In this document: positions 1 through 14,540 of the stretch, piece by piece
Layout of the letters: each line of letters begins with the position of its first letter
How positions within the stretch are numbered: the stretch's first letter is position 1
Origin: Eledone cirrhosa
Lineage: Eukaryota
Length of the DNA: 64,000 nucleotides
NCBI GenBank assembly: GCA_964016885.1
Contig: OZ024743.1
Location: 119,908,001 to 119,972,000 of the forward strand
Direction: 5' to 3'
Position numbers and translations under genes: made by a program
The notes under the pieces: model-generated
What the model was told of the DNA's origin: nothing
Databases searched by the model: none
Seen by the model: only the letters and a program-made list of their open reading frames with translations

Positions 1-31
1 ATTTTCTTACAAAAAGGAAGAGTCAGGTGAA

Positions 32-75
<44 letters not shown>

Positions 76-239
76 GAGTAACACTACTACTACTGCCGCA
101 ACTACTACGACTACTACTACTGCCGTCGCTGACAGTGCTGATGTTGGTAATGATGATGATGATGAGGCAGAGGAAGGTGGAGGTAATGATGTTGTTTCTG
201 GTGTGATGGTGTGTTGGAGATTAGCAATCATTATATGCA

Positions 240-830
<591 letters not shown>

Positions 831-1734
831 CAAATGCTAAACCTAACACTCATATTTGAAAGGGAGATAAGCGAGAAGGGGTGACTCGTGTTTGGTGGCC
901 CTTGACTGTCAGTTGGAAAAGTGGCAATGAAGACTGAGACAGCCGTGCCTATTCGAACACCTCCTACTTCCTCCTTCTCACCCTTCTCTTTCTTCTATAA
1001 TCTCCCCTACCCACTCTCTTTGTCCGCCACAACCCAACCAGTTTTTGCTTTTCCTTCCAATAACTTCGGTAATAACTTGAAATCGCGAGAGCATTCGTCA
1101 ATTCCGTAGGATTTCAGAAACCTATCTTAAAATGGCATAATGGTGACAATGTCGATGTCTCTTGAGACATAGGTCGGCTATCTGCTATTTCGAATATGCT
1201 GTTTGTTTTAATTTCACGCCGTTTGAGCGCAGTATAAATAAATGATCCAACTTTTACGGTGGGAGTGAATTGAATGACTGAGTGAGTGAGTGAATGACAG
1301 AGACAGAGAGATAGAGAGAGGGAGAGAGAGGGGGAGAGAGAGAGGGGGCGGAGGGAAGGAGGGAGAGACGGAGAGAAGTAGTGGCAGTGCCAATGAGAAG
1401 TGAAACTGAAAGTGAAACCAGTAAGAAGTGAGATGAAATAGAGAGAGAGAGTGGAAGGGGATGGAGAAGATGGTGGAAAATGTATTTTGATGGAAAGGAA
1501 GGAGATGAAAGAAAGAGAAAAAGATAGACAAGAAGAGGGGGGGAGACACAGAGAGAGACACAGAGAGAGACAGAAAGAGAGAGAGCCAGAAAGAGAGAGA
1601 GGGGGATGGGATGCAAAAAGAAGGGAAGAGAGACTGGGTGTGGTGGGGAGAAAGGACAGATAGAAGGTGAAAAGGGTGGTCATTAATGATGACGATGATG
1701 ATGATGCTGATGGGGTAGCTAGCGCTGGTATTGT

Positions 1735-2400
1735 TGGCGGTGTTTGTGGCGGCGGTGTTAGTGGTGGTGGTGGTGGTGGTGGTGGTGGCAGTGGTGATGG
1801 TGATAGTAGTGGCTGTGGTGGTTGTTGATGGTGGTGGTGGTGGTGGTGGTGTTGATGGTGGTGGTGGTGGTGGTGGTGGCGGTGGTGGTGTTGGTGGTGG
1901 CAGTGGTGATGGTGATAGTAGTGGTGGTGGTGGTGGTGGTGGTGGTGTTGATGGTGGTGGTGGTGGTGGTGGTGGTGGTGGTGGTGGCGGTGGTGTTAGT
2001 GGTGGCGGTGGTGGTGGTGGTGGTGGTGGTGTTAGTGGTGGTGGTGTTGGTGGTGGCAGTGTTGATGGTAATAGTAGTGGTTGTGGTGGTGGTGGTGGTG
2101 GTGGTGGTGGTGGTGGTGGTGGTGATGGTGGTGGTGGTGGTGGTGGCGGTGGCGGTGTTGGTGGTGGCAGTGGTGACGGTGATAGTAGTGGTTGTGGTGG
2201 TGGTGGTGGTGGTTGTGGTGGTGGTGGTGGTGGTGGTGGTGGTGTGATTGTGGTGGTGGTGATGATGGTGGGGGTGATGATGGTGGTGGTGTTTATGGTG
2301 GTGGTGGTGGTGGTGGTGGTGGTGGTGGTGGTGGTGGTGGTGGTGGTGGTGGTGGTGGTGGTGGTGCCGGCGGCGGCGGCGGCGGCGGTGGTATCGGCTG
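1735..2400. repeat. (GGT)n-based low-complexity tract
   Basis: Long GGT runs with recurring variants such as ggcagtggtgatggtgatagtagt. Confidence 0.95.
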
Positions 2401-2542
2401 TGGTATCTATGAACAGTCTGTCAATATTAGGGTTTATAGATTGTGTAGTGGGTAGGTCAGGAGACAGTGATAATGAAAGCAAAGAATGAATGAGGTTGAT
2501 AATGATGATGACCAAGACGATACAAACACCACGTACACGAAC

Positions 2543-4095
2543 GCACATATATCACACATGCGCACATATATCACACATGCACACATATATCACACATACT
2601 CACATATATCACACATGCACACATATATCACACATGCACACATATATCACATATATCACACATGCACACATATATCACACATACTCACATATATCACACA
2701 TACTCACATATATCACACATACTCACATATATCACACATACACACATATATCACACATACTCACATATATCACACATACACACATATATCACACATACTC
2801 ACATATATCACACATACTCACATATATCACACATGCACACATATATCACACATGCACACATATATCACAAATGCACACATATATCACACATACTCACATA
2901 TATCACACATGCACACATATATCACACATGCACACATATATCACACATGCACACATATATCACAAATGCACACATATATCACACATACTCACATATATCA
3001 CACATGCACACATATATCACACATGCACACATATATCACACATGCACACATATGTCACACATACACACATATATCACACATACTCACATATATCACACAT
3101 ACACACATATATCACACATACACACATATATCGCACATACTCACATATATCACACATGCACACATATATCACACATACTCACATATATCGCACATACTCA
3201 CATATAACACACATGCACACATATATCACACATACTCACATATATCACATATACACACATATATCACACATGCACACATATATCACACATACTCACATAT
3301 ATCACACATACACACATATATCACACATGCACACATATAGCACACATACACACATATATCACACATGCACACATATAGCACACATACACACATATATCAC
3401 ACATACACACATATATCATACATACTCACATATATCACACATACTCACATATATCACACATACTCACATATATCACTCATACTCACATATATCACACATA
3501 CTCACATATATCACACATACACACATATATCACACATACTCACATATATCACACATACTCACATATATCACACATACTCACATATATCACACATACTCAC
3601 ATATATCACACATACTCACTTATATCACACATACACACTTATATCACACATACACACATATATCACACATACACACATATATCACACATACTCACATATA
3701 TCACTCATACTCACATATATCACACATGCACACATATATCACACATACTCACATATATCACACATGCACACATATGTCACACATACACACATATATCACA
3801 CATACACACATATATCGCACATACTCACATATATCGCACATACTCACATATATCACACATGCACACATATATCACACATACTCACATATATCACACATAC
3901 TCACATATATCACACATACACACATATATCGCACATACACACATATATTGCACATACACACATATATCACACATACTCACATATATCACACATGCACACA
4001 TATGTCACACATACTCACATACATCACACATACTCACATATATCACACATACTCACATATATCACACATACACACATATATTGCACATACACAGA
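2543..4095. repeat. 20-bp minisatellite, consensus cacatatatcacacat(gca/act/aca)+c, about 75 units
   Basis: Regular 20-nt period with three alternating variants. Confidence 0.95.
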
Positions 4096-4224
4096 TATAA
4101 GCAAATAGACAGTACATAGGTGTTATTTTTCCTCAATGCCTGTGACCTTGTCTCATCATGTATTACCTGCCAAACCCGCTACCACTAACACCTCTGTAAA
4201 TATGCACGCACACAGTGCCAAGTA

Positions 4225-4277
<53 letters not shown>

Positions 4278-4284
<7 letters not shown>

Positions 4285-4390
4285 TAAAAATATTAAAAAA
4301 ATTAAAAATATTAAAAATATTAAAAATATTAAAAATTAAAAATATTAAAAATATTAAAAATTAAAAATATTTAAAAAATATTTAATATTT
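4278..4390. repeat. (AAAATATTA)n AT-rich tandem repeat
   Basis: Direct reading. Confidence 0.85.
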
Positions 4391-4534
4391 TATCTTGACT
4401 CTGTATTCCGTTTATCTTTCACCGAAAGTGATTTTTCATTGCATCTCTTCTTTCCATGATATCCGGATTACATTGAGTTCTTCATACGGATTGGACACTA
4501 CCGTAAACTCTTGGTAGATTTATCTACATATATA

Positions 4535-4720
4535 TCTATCTATCTCTATCTAAGGCGGGTAAAATTCCCGAGATCCATGGACGAGTTCTCTCCAGCGGTC
4601 TCTGTCCCTCATTATCGCTGCCATGTCCTGCGTCTCCAACAGACCAGTGTCTGTCCTTAGGGCATCAACATATGTTAACCTTGGTCTTCCTCTTCCAGTG
4701 TGTCCATGTAGGGGCTCCCA
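4535..4720 (-). mobile_element. 3' terminal fragment of an RTE-type LINE
   Basis: WEPLHGHTGRGRPRLTYVDALRTDTGL...MRDRDRWRELV* resembles the RTE ORF C-terminus, followed by a (TAGA)-like tail. Confidence 0.75.
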
Positions 4721-4750
4721 AATATATGTATATATATTTGAAAAGGGAAG

Positions 4751-4786
<36 letters not shown>

Positions 4787-4807
4787 TATATATATATATA
4801 TAATAAT

Positions 4808-5002
4808 AATTGTTTCTACGTTAGGCACAAGGCCACCAATTACCCAGTGCATTACTGGTACTGTACTTTATTTTATCGACCCTGTAAGGATGAAAGGCAA
4901 AGTAAACCTTGGCGGGAGGATTTGAACTCAGAATGGCAAGGGCCGTAACTCTATACGTCAAAGCATGGCGTCCGACCCTCTACCAATACTGCCAATCCAA
5001 CC
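4808..5002 (-). mobile_element. tRNA-derived SINE (family A)
   Basis: Minus strand has A-box-like TGGCAGTATTGGT and B-box GAGTTCAAATCC; about 10 copies in the window. Confidence 0.85.
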
Positions 5003-5029
5003 TTATATATATATAATAATATATATAAT

Positions 5030-5358
5030 GGGAGACACACAAAAACAAGATGGCGTAGGACAGAACAAAGGAGAGGCACAAAAAACAAAGAAAAGAATCC
5101 CCAGTCACTGAAGAGGTCACAGAATGTGTGACGAAAGAACTTTGACAATATATAAACAACCATCTGGTTGTGGAACCAACCAACCAACCGGAAATTTATA
5201 AATTTATAAATTTATAAATTTATTATAATAAATTGAAGTGAAAGCATTGGTGCGTGTGTTTCTTATTGGCAACATGACCCTCCCAAAGTATAACAATATC
5301 GGTTTCAACACACGTTTTCAGATAAAGAATCTTGCTAAACAAATTCAGAAACGAAATA
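5030..5358 (+). mobile_element. Solo PLE pseudo-LTR with HHR motif at 5104-5146
   Basis: Near-identical to 10845-11158, which follows a GIY-YIG ORF; flanked by TA-rich runs. Confidence 0.8.
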
Positions 5359-5450
5359 TATGTAATATATGTGTGTGTGTGTGGAAGTATATATATATAT
5401 ATTGTGTGTGTGTGCGTGTCTGTGTGTGCATGAGTGTGTGTAATATATGC

Positions 5451-5484
<34 letters not shown>

Positions 5485-5663
5485 ATTATATATACTATGT
5501 ATATATATATGTGTGTGTATGCATGTATGTATGTATGTATGTGTATGTATGTAAGTGTAACCTTGCCGTACGTTCTATTAACTCCATAGACAGGTGAGGT
5601 TGAATGTTTCAATAATTGAAGTATCTTGATTCTTTCTCTTTCATTACGAACTGACTGACATGT

Positions 5664-5711
<48 letters not shown>

Positions 5712-5714
<3 letters not shown>

Positions 5715-5820
5715 GAATTCCAACTTTGTCTGATTTACTCGTTTTATTTACAATCCTTTAAAATTCTTTAAAGGATTGTAAATAAAACGAGTAAATCAGA
5801 CAAAGTTGGAATTCCTTTTA
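5712..5820. repeat. Inverted repeat with arms of about 45 bp
   Basis: gaattccaactttgtctgatttactcgttttatttacaatccttta and its reverse complement. Confidence 0.9.
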
Positions 5821-5866
5821 TTAATATAATCTTCTATACACAATCATACACACCCGTGTATATTTA

Positions 5867-5982
<116 letters not shown>

Positions 5983-6075
5983 AAAAGAGAAAACACAGGT
6001 AAGCATTAAGAGAAGGATTTTATCCAGGTATTTACGACCGTTTCATTGGTAAGTGCAAACCTTATATTGCTATAC

Positions 6076-6122
<47 letters not shown>

Positions 6123-6632
6123 GTATTATATAAATGGAAACTATATTTATAAAACCATATTTATTCTATTATATACATTTCAAGGATACCACAATTTTGG
6201 TACGCTATCATCAGATAAAATACGAAGTGTGTTTTATAAATGTTGACATAACCAAGGAGAATATACCTTAATGGTTCAAGTTATCCCTATATATTATATA
6301 TAGCAAGGAGAAAATAGTTCGATGAAATATCTCTACTGTGATGTTGCTGATATTGTTGTTGTTGTCAAAGGTGGATGTGGTGGTGGTGGTGGTGGTGGTG
6401 GTGGCGGTGGTGGTGGTACTTCGCCTCCTCCCAGGTCAGCCCTGTTTCAGCAAACCTGTGGTCAAGAGCTCTCCAGCCATGACTATCTCATTCTTTTGTA
6501 TGTTTATGTTTTCAAGTAAACTATACGTAACACTATGTTATCTAATACGTCCTCGTCTTTTGCTGCTGCCGCAACTGTTGTTATCGTTATTGTTTATTCC
6601 CCATATCAGACCTGTTGTTTCAACATATGTAT

Positions 6633-6850
6633 AATGATTTCTAATATAGGCACAAGGCCAGTAATTTGAGGGGAAGGGAAAGTCGATTAAATCACCCCAG
6701 TACGTTACTGGTACTTTATTTTATCGCCCCCGTAAGGATGAAAGGCAAAGTTAACCTCAGCGGGATTTGAACTCAGAATGGCAATGACCGTAACTCTATG
6801 CTGCAAAGCATGGTGTCCGACTCTCTACCGATAATGCCAATCCACCACCC
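6633..6850 (-). mobile_element. tRNA-derived SINE (family A)
   Basis: Homologous to 4808-5002. Confidence 0.85.
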
Positions 6851-7104
6851 TTCAACATATGTATATTCAAAGCTATTCCATTCGTGACCATCCCATTTCT
6901 GTGTTTTTACGTCTGTCTGAATGTCTCTATGCTTGTCTTTATATGTGTATTTTCAGCATAATATATCCTACTTATTGTTGTTTCTTATGTCAGCTGTGAC
7001 CAATAGGAGATGCGGTCAAAGCGTGCCTTTTTCAAACAGGTTTTTCCATTTTTTTTGTGGACCCGTTAAGGCGTCTGGTTATATATCATGATACTTGTTC
7101 TGAC

Positions 7105-7200
7105 TTTTGTGCTCTGAGTTCAGATCCCGACGAGGTCAACTTTGTTTTTCATCCTTTCGAGGTTGATGAATATGATTCCTGTCTAATACTGGGTTAGATT
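7105..7200 (+). mobile_element. Degenerate SINE family A fragment
   Basis: ctctgagttcagatcccgacgaggtcaactttgtttttcatcctttcgaggttgat. Confidence 0.6.
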
Positions 7201-8898
7201 CTTTTTCTATATCATATTCTCATTTTGTTATTGTTGTTGTTTTTTTCTTCTTTCAATTTCTGGAAGAAATTGACTATATTCAGACGTGGAGAGCGATGAG
7301 TCTCGCTATGATTAAAATACGACATCAAGCGAGTGTCGTAGAAGCGCTGTTCTAACATATAGTGATGTCCATAACGAGCGCTATAATAGAATAGAATGGT
7401 ATGAAATTCCGCCAGTTTCGGCGATCAGTATTCCAGTTGTTAGATCAACGCAACAATCTGATCATAGCATTCCACTGTCACATGTATCCTTAACGCAACA
7501 CTCAGGGAGATTCAGCGTGACACTGAATGTTTGCATTACTGGTAGTATCTATCTGACGGGCTTCAACAATTTTCCTCGCAAAGCTTGATCTACCCAAGCT
7601 CTACTTGGGAAAACTTAAAAGTGGTTCCCCATTGCTTACCTGTGTGTGGATAGTGATAAATTTGCAATTCCTATTTGAATACTCCAAGCGGAAAGTGACG
7701 GACCACAATATATGTACCACCATCTAGCATTTCCACCAGTCCTCTACCTTGGTATGGTACGCAATTTTATCGATACTGGAAGAATGAAAAGCGAAGTTAA
7801 CTACAGAAGGATGTGAGGATAAAGGTTGAAACAAATAATGGAAGGCATTTTATCCGAAGCTCTAACGATTTTATCATTATCCCGTCTTCTTTAATTGTTG
7901 TTCTTCTTTAAACCGAAAAAAATCATTAGAAATTGGCGAGAGGTAGGTGAAATTCAAAGTTAATGCTTGAATACATTTTCTTACTTTTGTATAAATATAC
8001 ATTATATCTCATATATAAATTCAGATTTACTTTACATTTGATATATAATATAATATATTATTCTATGTAAAAATATATCATGTCAATACAATTTAATAGA
8101 AAAAGAAAAAAAATAGATTGAGAAGAAAATCTAAACAAAAACGGAAGAGGAAGGGAAAGGCAGCGGATCTAGTGTCACAGAAGAATGAGGCAGTAGGGGG
8201 GGGGGATAGGGCCTTGATCGTGGCAGTAATGGGGCAGCGCCCCGCGAACAAGACCGAAAAAGCAACAGCCACCCCACCTCGCGGGGCTCCTTCCTCAGAC
8301 GAGCCCCCGACGTTCTGATCTTGCGGAGGAGCTCGGCAGTACGGGGTCCAAGTACGCCTGAGGTCTCGACGGCGACCGGTTCGAAAAGGAAGGGGCCGGT
8401 CAGTCCCCGTTATTTGTTTATCTACAGTCGACAAATATTATTTGTTTAAACTAGAAAAGTACACGGTGGTGGTGAAGGCGGCGGCCCCGGTATCGGTGGT
8501 GGAGGTGGCGGTGGCGGTGACGGTGTTGGTGGTGGTGGTGGTGGTGTTGGTGATAGCGGTTGTGATTGTGGTAGGACTGGTGTGACCATTCAATGAAAAT
8601 AAATTATCAAATACTCATTTCAAGTTTGGCGGGTAGCGTTTTGTGCTGCGGATGGACGAATGGGTGGATGGAATTGGTGTTTGGAAATTAAGAAAGAATT
8701 TATAAGGTGATGTCTGCCGTGAGATAGGCTCTGCGATTAATATAGAGAAAGAAGGAAGATAGACGGAGACATATGAAAGACATAATGTGATAGAGGTTGG
8801 AATGGGAGACAACCGTATTATAACATAATAAGACTTGTCAGGAAATTCCAAATCAAGACATCAGTGAAGCATGGAAATCCTAGATTAATATTTTGATC

Positions 8899-8991
<93 letters not shown>

Positions 8992-9112
8992 CGTGTGTGC
9001 GTGTGTGTGTGCGTGTGTGTACGTGTGTGTGTATGAAACATCCCTTTGAGTAAAGAAACATTTGGAAGAGTTGAAATTTAAAATGCAGTCGTCACAATGT
9101 ATATGACTATAA

Positions 9113-9590
9113 CCAGCCGTTTGTTTACAAACGGCTGGAATATTATTATTAATATTCGATATAACCCATACGTACATATGTATATGTATATATGTGTATA
9201 TATATATGTGTGTGTGTGTGTATATATATATATGTATGTGTGTGCGTATGCATACTTACATTTATGTATCAGCTGTGCTAGGGCGTGAAATAAAATTCTA
9301 ATTTTAAGTTTAGTTTTAGTTTTAAGCACGGCCAGCCGTAATTCGCTCGGTATGCAAATGAGACTACTCAGCCGATGTGTTCTTAAGAAAATACTACCGT
9401 TCAACAGACCGGCAGAAGTATTCACTCCTGATGAAGGGTAATGACCCAGAAACATGTTGATTGTACCTCATTGTCAGTGTTGAACAAACGGATGATGATT
9501 GGTCATCGGGACTGCACATCTTTAATTTGGCCGTTTGTTTACAAATGAATCGAATATTATTATTAATATTCGATATAACCCATATGTGTA
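9113..9590 (+). mobile_element. About 414-bp unit (1.15 copies) with a degenerate HHR at 9425-9461
   Basis: gccgtttgtttacaaa...aatattcgatataaccca repeated at 9116 and 9530; CTGATGA-a-gggt/accc-a-GAAA-catg-TT. Confidence 0.6.
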
Positions 9591-9727
9591 TCTATACACA
9601 TGCACATACACCTATATATGTTTGTGTGTGTATATATATATATATGTGTGTGTGCGTGTGTGCGCGTATGCATACTTACATTTATTATATATATATTATA
9701 TATATATATAACGCAGCAGGGTTTTAG

Positions 9728-9892
9728 TATTCATTTATTAAGGCTAAATAGTGAGTCTTCTTACTCTGGAAATTCGCCGATTTATCACAGGGACATCAGA
9801 CATCCCCGTATATAACTTGACTGATGACTCTGTGATAAACGGGCGAAACTCCAGAGTAACAAGATTCACTATTTAGCCTTAATAAATGAATG

Positions 9893-9893
<1 letters not shown>
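9728..9893. repeat. Diverged inverted repeat with an HHR motif on the right arm (9816-9862)
   Basis: CTGATGA...GAAA-ctc/gag-TA-acaag; the left arm is a degenerate reverse complement. Confidence 0.7.
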
Positions 9894-9979
<86 letters not shown>

Positions 9980-9982
<3 letters not shown>

Positions 9983-11158
9983 TTTATAGAGGAGCCAGAA
10001 GGCGCCATGAGTTTATAGAGGAGCCAGAACCAAATGGGAAAAAATGGTAAATAATGACACAAATGGGACCTGCCCCTTGTATAGGAGAACATTTTGGAAT
10101 AGAATAGAAAGAACTAGGAATACGGTTAATAGAATAAACTCATGGTATGATAGCAATGAATACCAGAGTGTAATGTTCATCGATACAACCCCTAGAGGTG
10201 AATTAGCTTACAAATTTAGAAGGGCCCTAGATAAACATAAACTCAATATTAAGATAGTAGAAAGACCAGGTACCTCCATAAAAACACTTAGTAGCAATAC
10301 ATACCCTTTTCAAAGACCTCCCTGTATAGATAAGAAATGTATAATCTGTAAATTAAGCCCCCATATTAACTGTAAAACTAGAAATGTAGTATAAGATGTA
10401 GCATTAGATGTACTGAAGGACAATGTAGAGATAAGAATATAGTGTACATAGGTGAGACAGCTCGTAGTATAGAGGAACGGATAAATGAACACTGGCGAGA
10501 GCTTTAAGATAGTAAAGAATCATCTGTACTCTACCAACATGCTAAAATAGAACATAAGGGTAAATTAGAGAACATAGAAATAAAAATAGAATCTACACAC
10601 AGAAAAGACGCAATGTTTAGACAAATCACAGAGGCAATAAACATAAATGAACTCCAACGAAAATTAAATAGAAAACATGAATGGAACATTACAACTTACA
10701 ATTAAGGACAAAATGGAAACACACACGCACATAGAACAAACAACCAACCAGTAACATGTAAATAAACAAATAAATAAACAAATATAAACACACACAGACA
10801 CCCGGATGTAACTCATGCGCAAACTAAGCACACAACACACACAATAACAAGATGGCGTAGGACAGAACTAAAGAGAGGCACAAACACAAAGAAAAGAATC
10901 CCCAGTCACTGAAGAGGTCACAGAATGTGTGACGAAAGAACTTTGACAATATATAAACAATCATCTGGTTGTGGAACCAACCAACCAACCGGAAATTTGT
11001 AAATTCCTAAATTTATAAATTTATTATAATAAACTGAAGTGAAAGCAACTGGTGCGTGTGTTTCTTATTGGCAACATGACCCTCCCAAAGTATAACAATA
11101 TCGGTTTCAACAAACGTTTTCAGATAAAGAATCTTGCTAAACAAATTCAGAAACGAAG
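9980..11158 (+). mobile_element. 5'-truncated Penelope-like retroelement (Neptune-like): Cys linker, GIY-YIG endonuclease and pseudo-LTR
   Basis: PPCIDKKCIICKLSPHINCKTRNVV, then after a frameshift ...YIGETARSIEERINEH...RQITEAINI...LNRKHEW (stop 10703-10705, one internal stop); HHR motif at 10905-10947. Confidence 0.88.
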
Positions 11159-11222
11159 TATATATATATATATATATACATTATATATATACATATATAT
11201 ATATATATGCACACATATATAT

Positions 11223-11261
<39 letters not shown>

Positions 11262-11268
<7 letters not shown>

Positions 11269-11703
11269 AAGTTAAATAAAAGTCAAATGATTAAAATTTA
11301 GCTTCGTTTATTACTGCTATATATATTTCAGTGACAGCCATCTTTGGCTGTGACCTCTTCAGGCAGTTTGAATTAGTATGGTATAGACAAGTACATATGT
11401 TGTTTAGGTGTATGATATTGTCAATACTCTGATATACCCAGTTCCTTGTTGGGTTGTTAATTCACTGGGGAACTGGAGTCATATGACTCCAGTTCCCCAG
11501 TGAATTAACAACCCAACAAGGAACTGGGTATATCAGAGTATTGACAATATCATACACCTAAACAACATATGTACTTGTCTATACCATACTAATTCAAACT
11601 GCCTGAAGAGGTCACAGCCAAAGATGGCTGTCACTGAAATATATATAGCAGTAATAAACGAAGCTAAATTTTAATCATTTGACTTTTATTTAACTTTATT
11701 TTA
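11262..11703. repeat. Spacer-less palindrome (221-bp arms, centre 11482/11483) with HHRs at 11313-11367(-) and 11598-11652(+)
   Basis: Arms read as reverse complements; actgc-CTGAAGA-stem II-GAAA-tatata-TA-gcagt. Confidence 0.92.
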
Positions 11704-12950
11704 CACTACTCCGGAGTAACCAAACCAACCTGCGCACTTCGTCGAGTGCTCCAGCCTGCATACTGAGGTGTTGGTATACAACCAACATAAACTCAAAATC
11801 TATATATATATATATATATATACACATATGTATAACTTTGATTGGATTTGGCAAGTATTGGCCCAGGCCATGTCTAACTTAATAGTACCACCTGGCGAAG
11901 CACCACCTATATATATATGTCTGTGTGTGTGTGTGTGCGAATGTATATGTGTGTGTGTGTGTGCGAATGTATACGTGTGTGTGTGTGTGTGCGAATGTAT
12001 GTGTGTGTTTGTGAGTGTGAAAACTAAACAGAAAGCCACAAACCAAACAATACAGTACAATAAAGATATATACAGACATATATCATTTTAACGCTTATAT
12101 ATTTCCTGAATAACTAATATATATTTTTTCTGCAATGAACATTAGTTTCTTGACTTACAAAACTATAAATATGTATAGTAGAGGTATAGTTAATTAAATA
12201 TAGAGCGATATATAACTGGAAATTCTATTGGTTCAAAGCTGTGGAAAAGCAATCTCTACTTTGGTTGGAATTTTAATTTTTAAAGTTAATATATTTCTTG
12301 AGTTGTTGCTGGAGCTACATCTATTTCGACGAGAAGCGTTCCACTTATTCAACCAACAGCTTAGTACATTCTTGGAATTAACATGTATGTGTCTGAGTAT
12401 TCCAAAGACACGTGTACCCTTAACGTAATCCTCAGCATAACACAATGTGTGATAATGCTGACCCTTTCAATTGTATACAAGGAGCTTCCAAACAGTTTCC
12501 GTCACAAAATTTATCTCACAAAGATTGGGTCAACGCTTGGTGAAGGTAAATGACAATTGCTCAAGATTCTATTTAGTAGAGTCAAATCGAAAAACTTCAC
12601 ATATTTAAGGCAATATCCTCTCTTGTGAGATCTGGTGGAATACTAGCATTTAGACAAGTTCGAGCTAACACATTCAACGCAATTATATTTAAGTTATTAA
12701 ACATGTTAGTGTAAACATTTTGAAGTTGTATCTGTCTGGCAAGTGATTTCATCTGAGACCATAATCAATTACTGCGTGGAAGAGTTATTTTAGTAATTTC
12801 TGTTAACTTTACTTTATGTACTCGTATATCATATATTTCTTTTTGTTGAAATTTTTGTGTGGTATTGTATGCAACCTAGTTATGGACATGACTGCAGTGA
12901 AACTGTGTCAGTGAAACAAACACTTTGACACCAAGAAGTATAATATAAAT

Positions 12951-13237
12951 AATTGTTTCTACTTTAGGCACAAGGCCAGCAATTACCCAGTGCATTACTG
13001 GTACTTTATTTTATCGACCCCGTAAGAATGAAAGGCAAAGTCAACCTCGGCGGGATTTGAACTCAGATCGTAAAGGGACGTAACTATGCTGGAAAGCATG
13101 GCGTCCGACCCTCTACCGCTACTGCCAATCCAATATAAATAATGATTTCTACTATAGACACAAGGCCAGCAATTGAGGCGAGGGGAAAGTTGATTAAATC
13201 GACCCCAGTGCGTGACTGGTACTTTATTTTATCGACA
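12951..13237 (-). mobile_element. One full and one partial SINE family A copy
   Basis: Homology to the other copies. Confidence 0.85.
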
Positions 13238-13843
13238 CTACATAATGTTAACAGTTCTTGTGTGTTTTAAAATTAGCTAAAATAACACTTCCACGCAATA
13301 ATTCTTTTAGTTTAAACACATATAATGCTATATCCACACTAAAAGGATCCTAACTTTTGGACAATTTAATGGTAATATATTTAACTCAATGTACATCCAG
13401 TAGGAGCCTAGATTTTAGCGTTAGATCAATATTAGTATTAACATATTTACCACTATGTTCACACTGATGGGATTCTTTATAATGTTTAGATAAGTTAGTG
13501 TTAACATATTTAACGTAATGTCTACAGTGGCTGTATTCTAGCGTTTAAACAAGTTAGTCTTAACATATGTATCGTAGTCTCCACACTATCAGCATAAAAA
13601 ACAATGGTTAAGTTTGTGTTAATGTAAATTAATCTATTCTAGGTTTAAACTTTATATCAACTCTACACGTATCTACATACATGCACATACACTATGCACA
13701 TACACCTATGCATACGCATACTTAAAGCAACATGTTTCCCCGCCGTCTCTTTTCTATTATCTAATTTCTATTCTATTTTTTCCTCTCTTTCCTTCAAATT
13801 GATACACACGCAAGCACACACACACATATATATATAAATATTT

Positions 13844-14120
<277 letters not shown>

Positions 14121-14430
14121 TGAACCTGGGATAGACATATATATATATAACTTTTAAAATATGGGAGGGGTCAATGGAAAAGCTGGGTACTGCAACTGAA
14201 AAAAGGTGGGTAGATACAAAGCTCAACATACTAGTCCAGAAAAGAAAGTATGTACAGAAGATGGAACAGACAATTTGGACGTTAGTCCCAAATAGACGGA
14301 CGCAATGAGCAGTGATGAATGGAACGGAGAACGCAGATGTTATAACCTTTAATACATATCAATTTGAAAAAAATGTCACGCACTGCTAAGATCTTATAAA
14401 AATAATTCAAACAAATTTACTGCAAAGTAA

Positions 14431-14511
<81 letters not shown>

Positions 14512-14513
<2 letters not shown>

Positions 14514-14540
14514 TAGCAGTGTATCCCAGCGTTGCACGGG
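14512..14540 (-). mobile_element. Helitron-like 3' terminus
   Basis: Minus strand reads hairpin cccgtgcaacgctggg, 8 nt, then CTAG directly into (TA)n; the other end was not identified. Confidence 0.55.

Noticed and set aside
1214-2548. 444-aa Pro/Thr-rich ORF and opposite-strand Gly/Val ORFs
   Set aside because: Translations of a (GGT)n tract that is open in several frames; no coding evidence
2486-4108. 536-aa His/Thr-rich ORF or a CRISPR-like array
   Set aside because: It is a 20-bp minisatellite with no unique spacers and no cas genes, in a eukaryotic context
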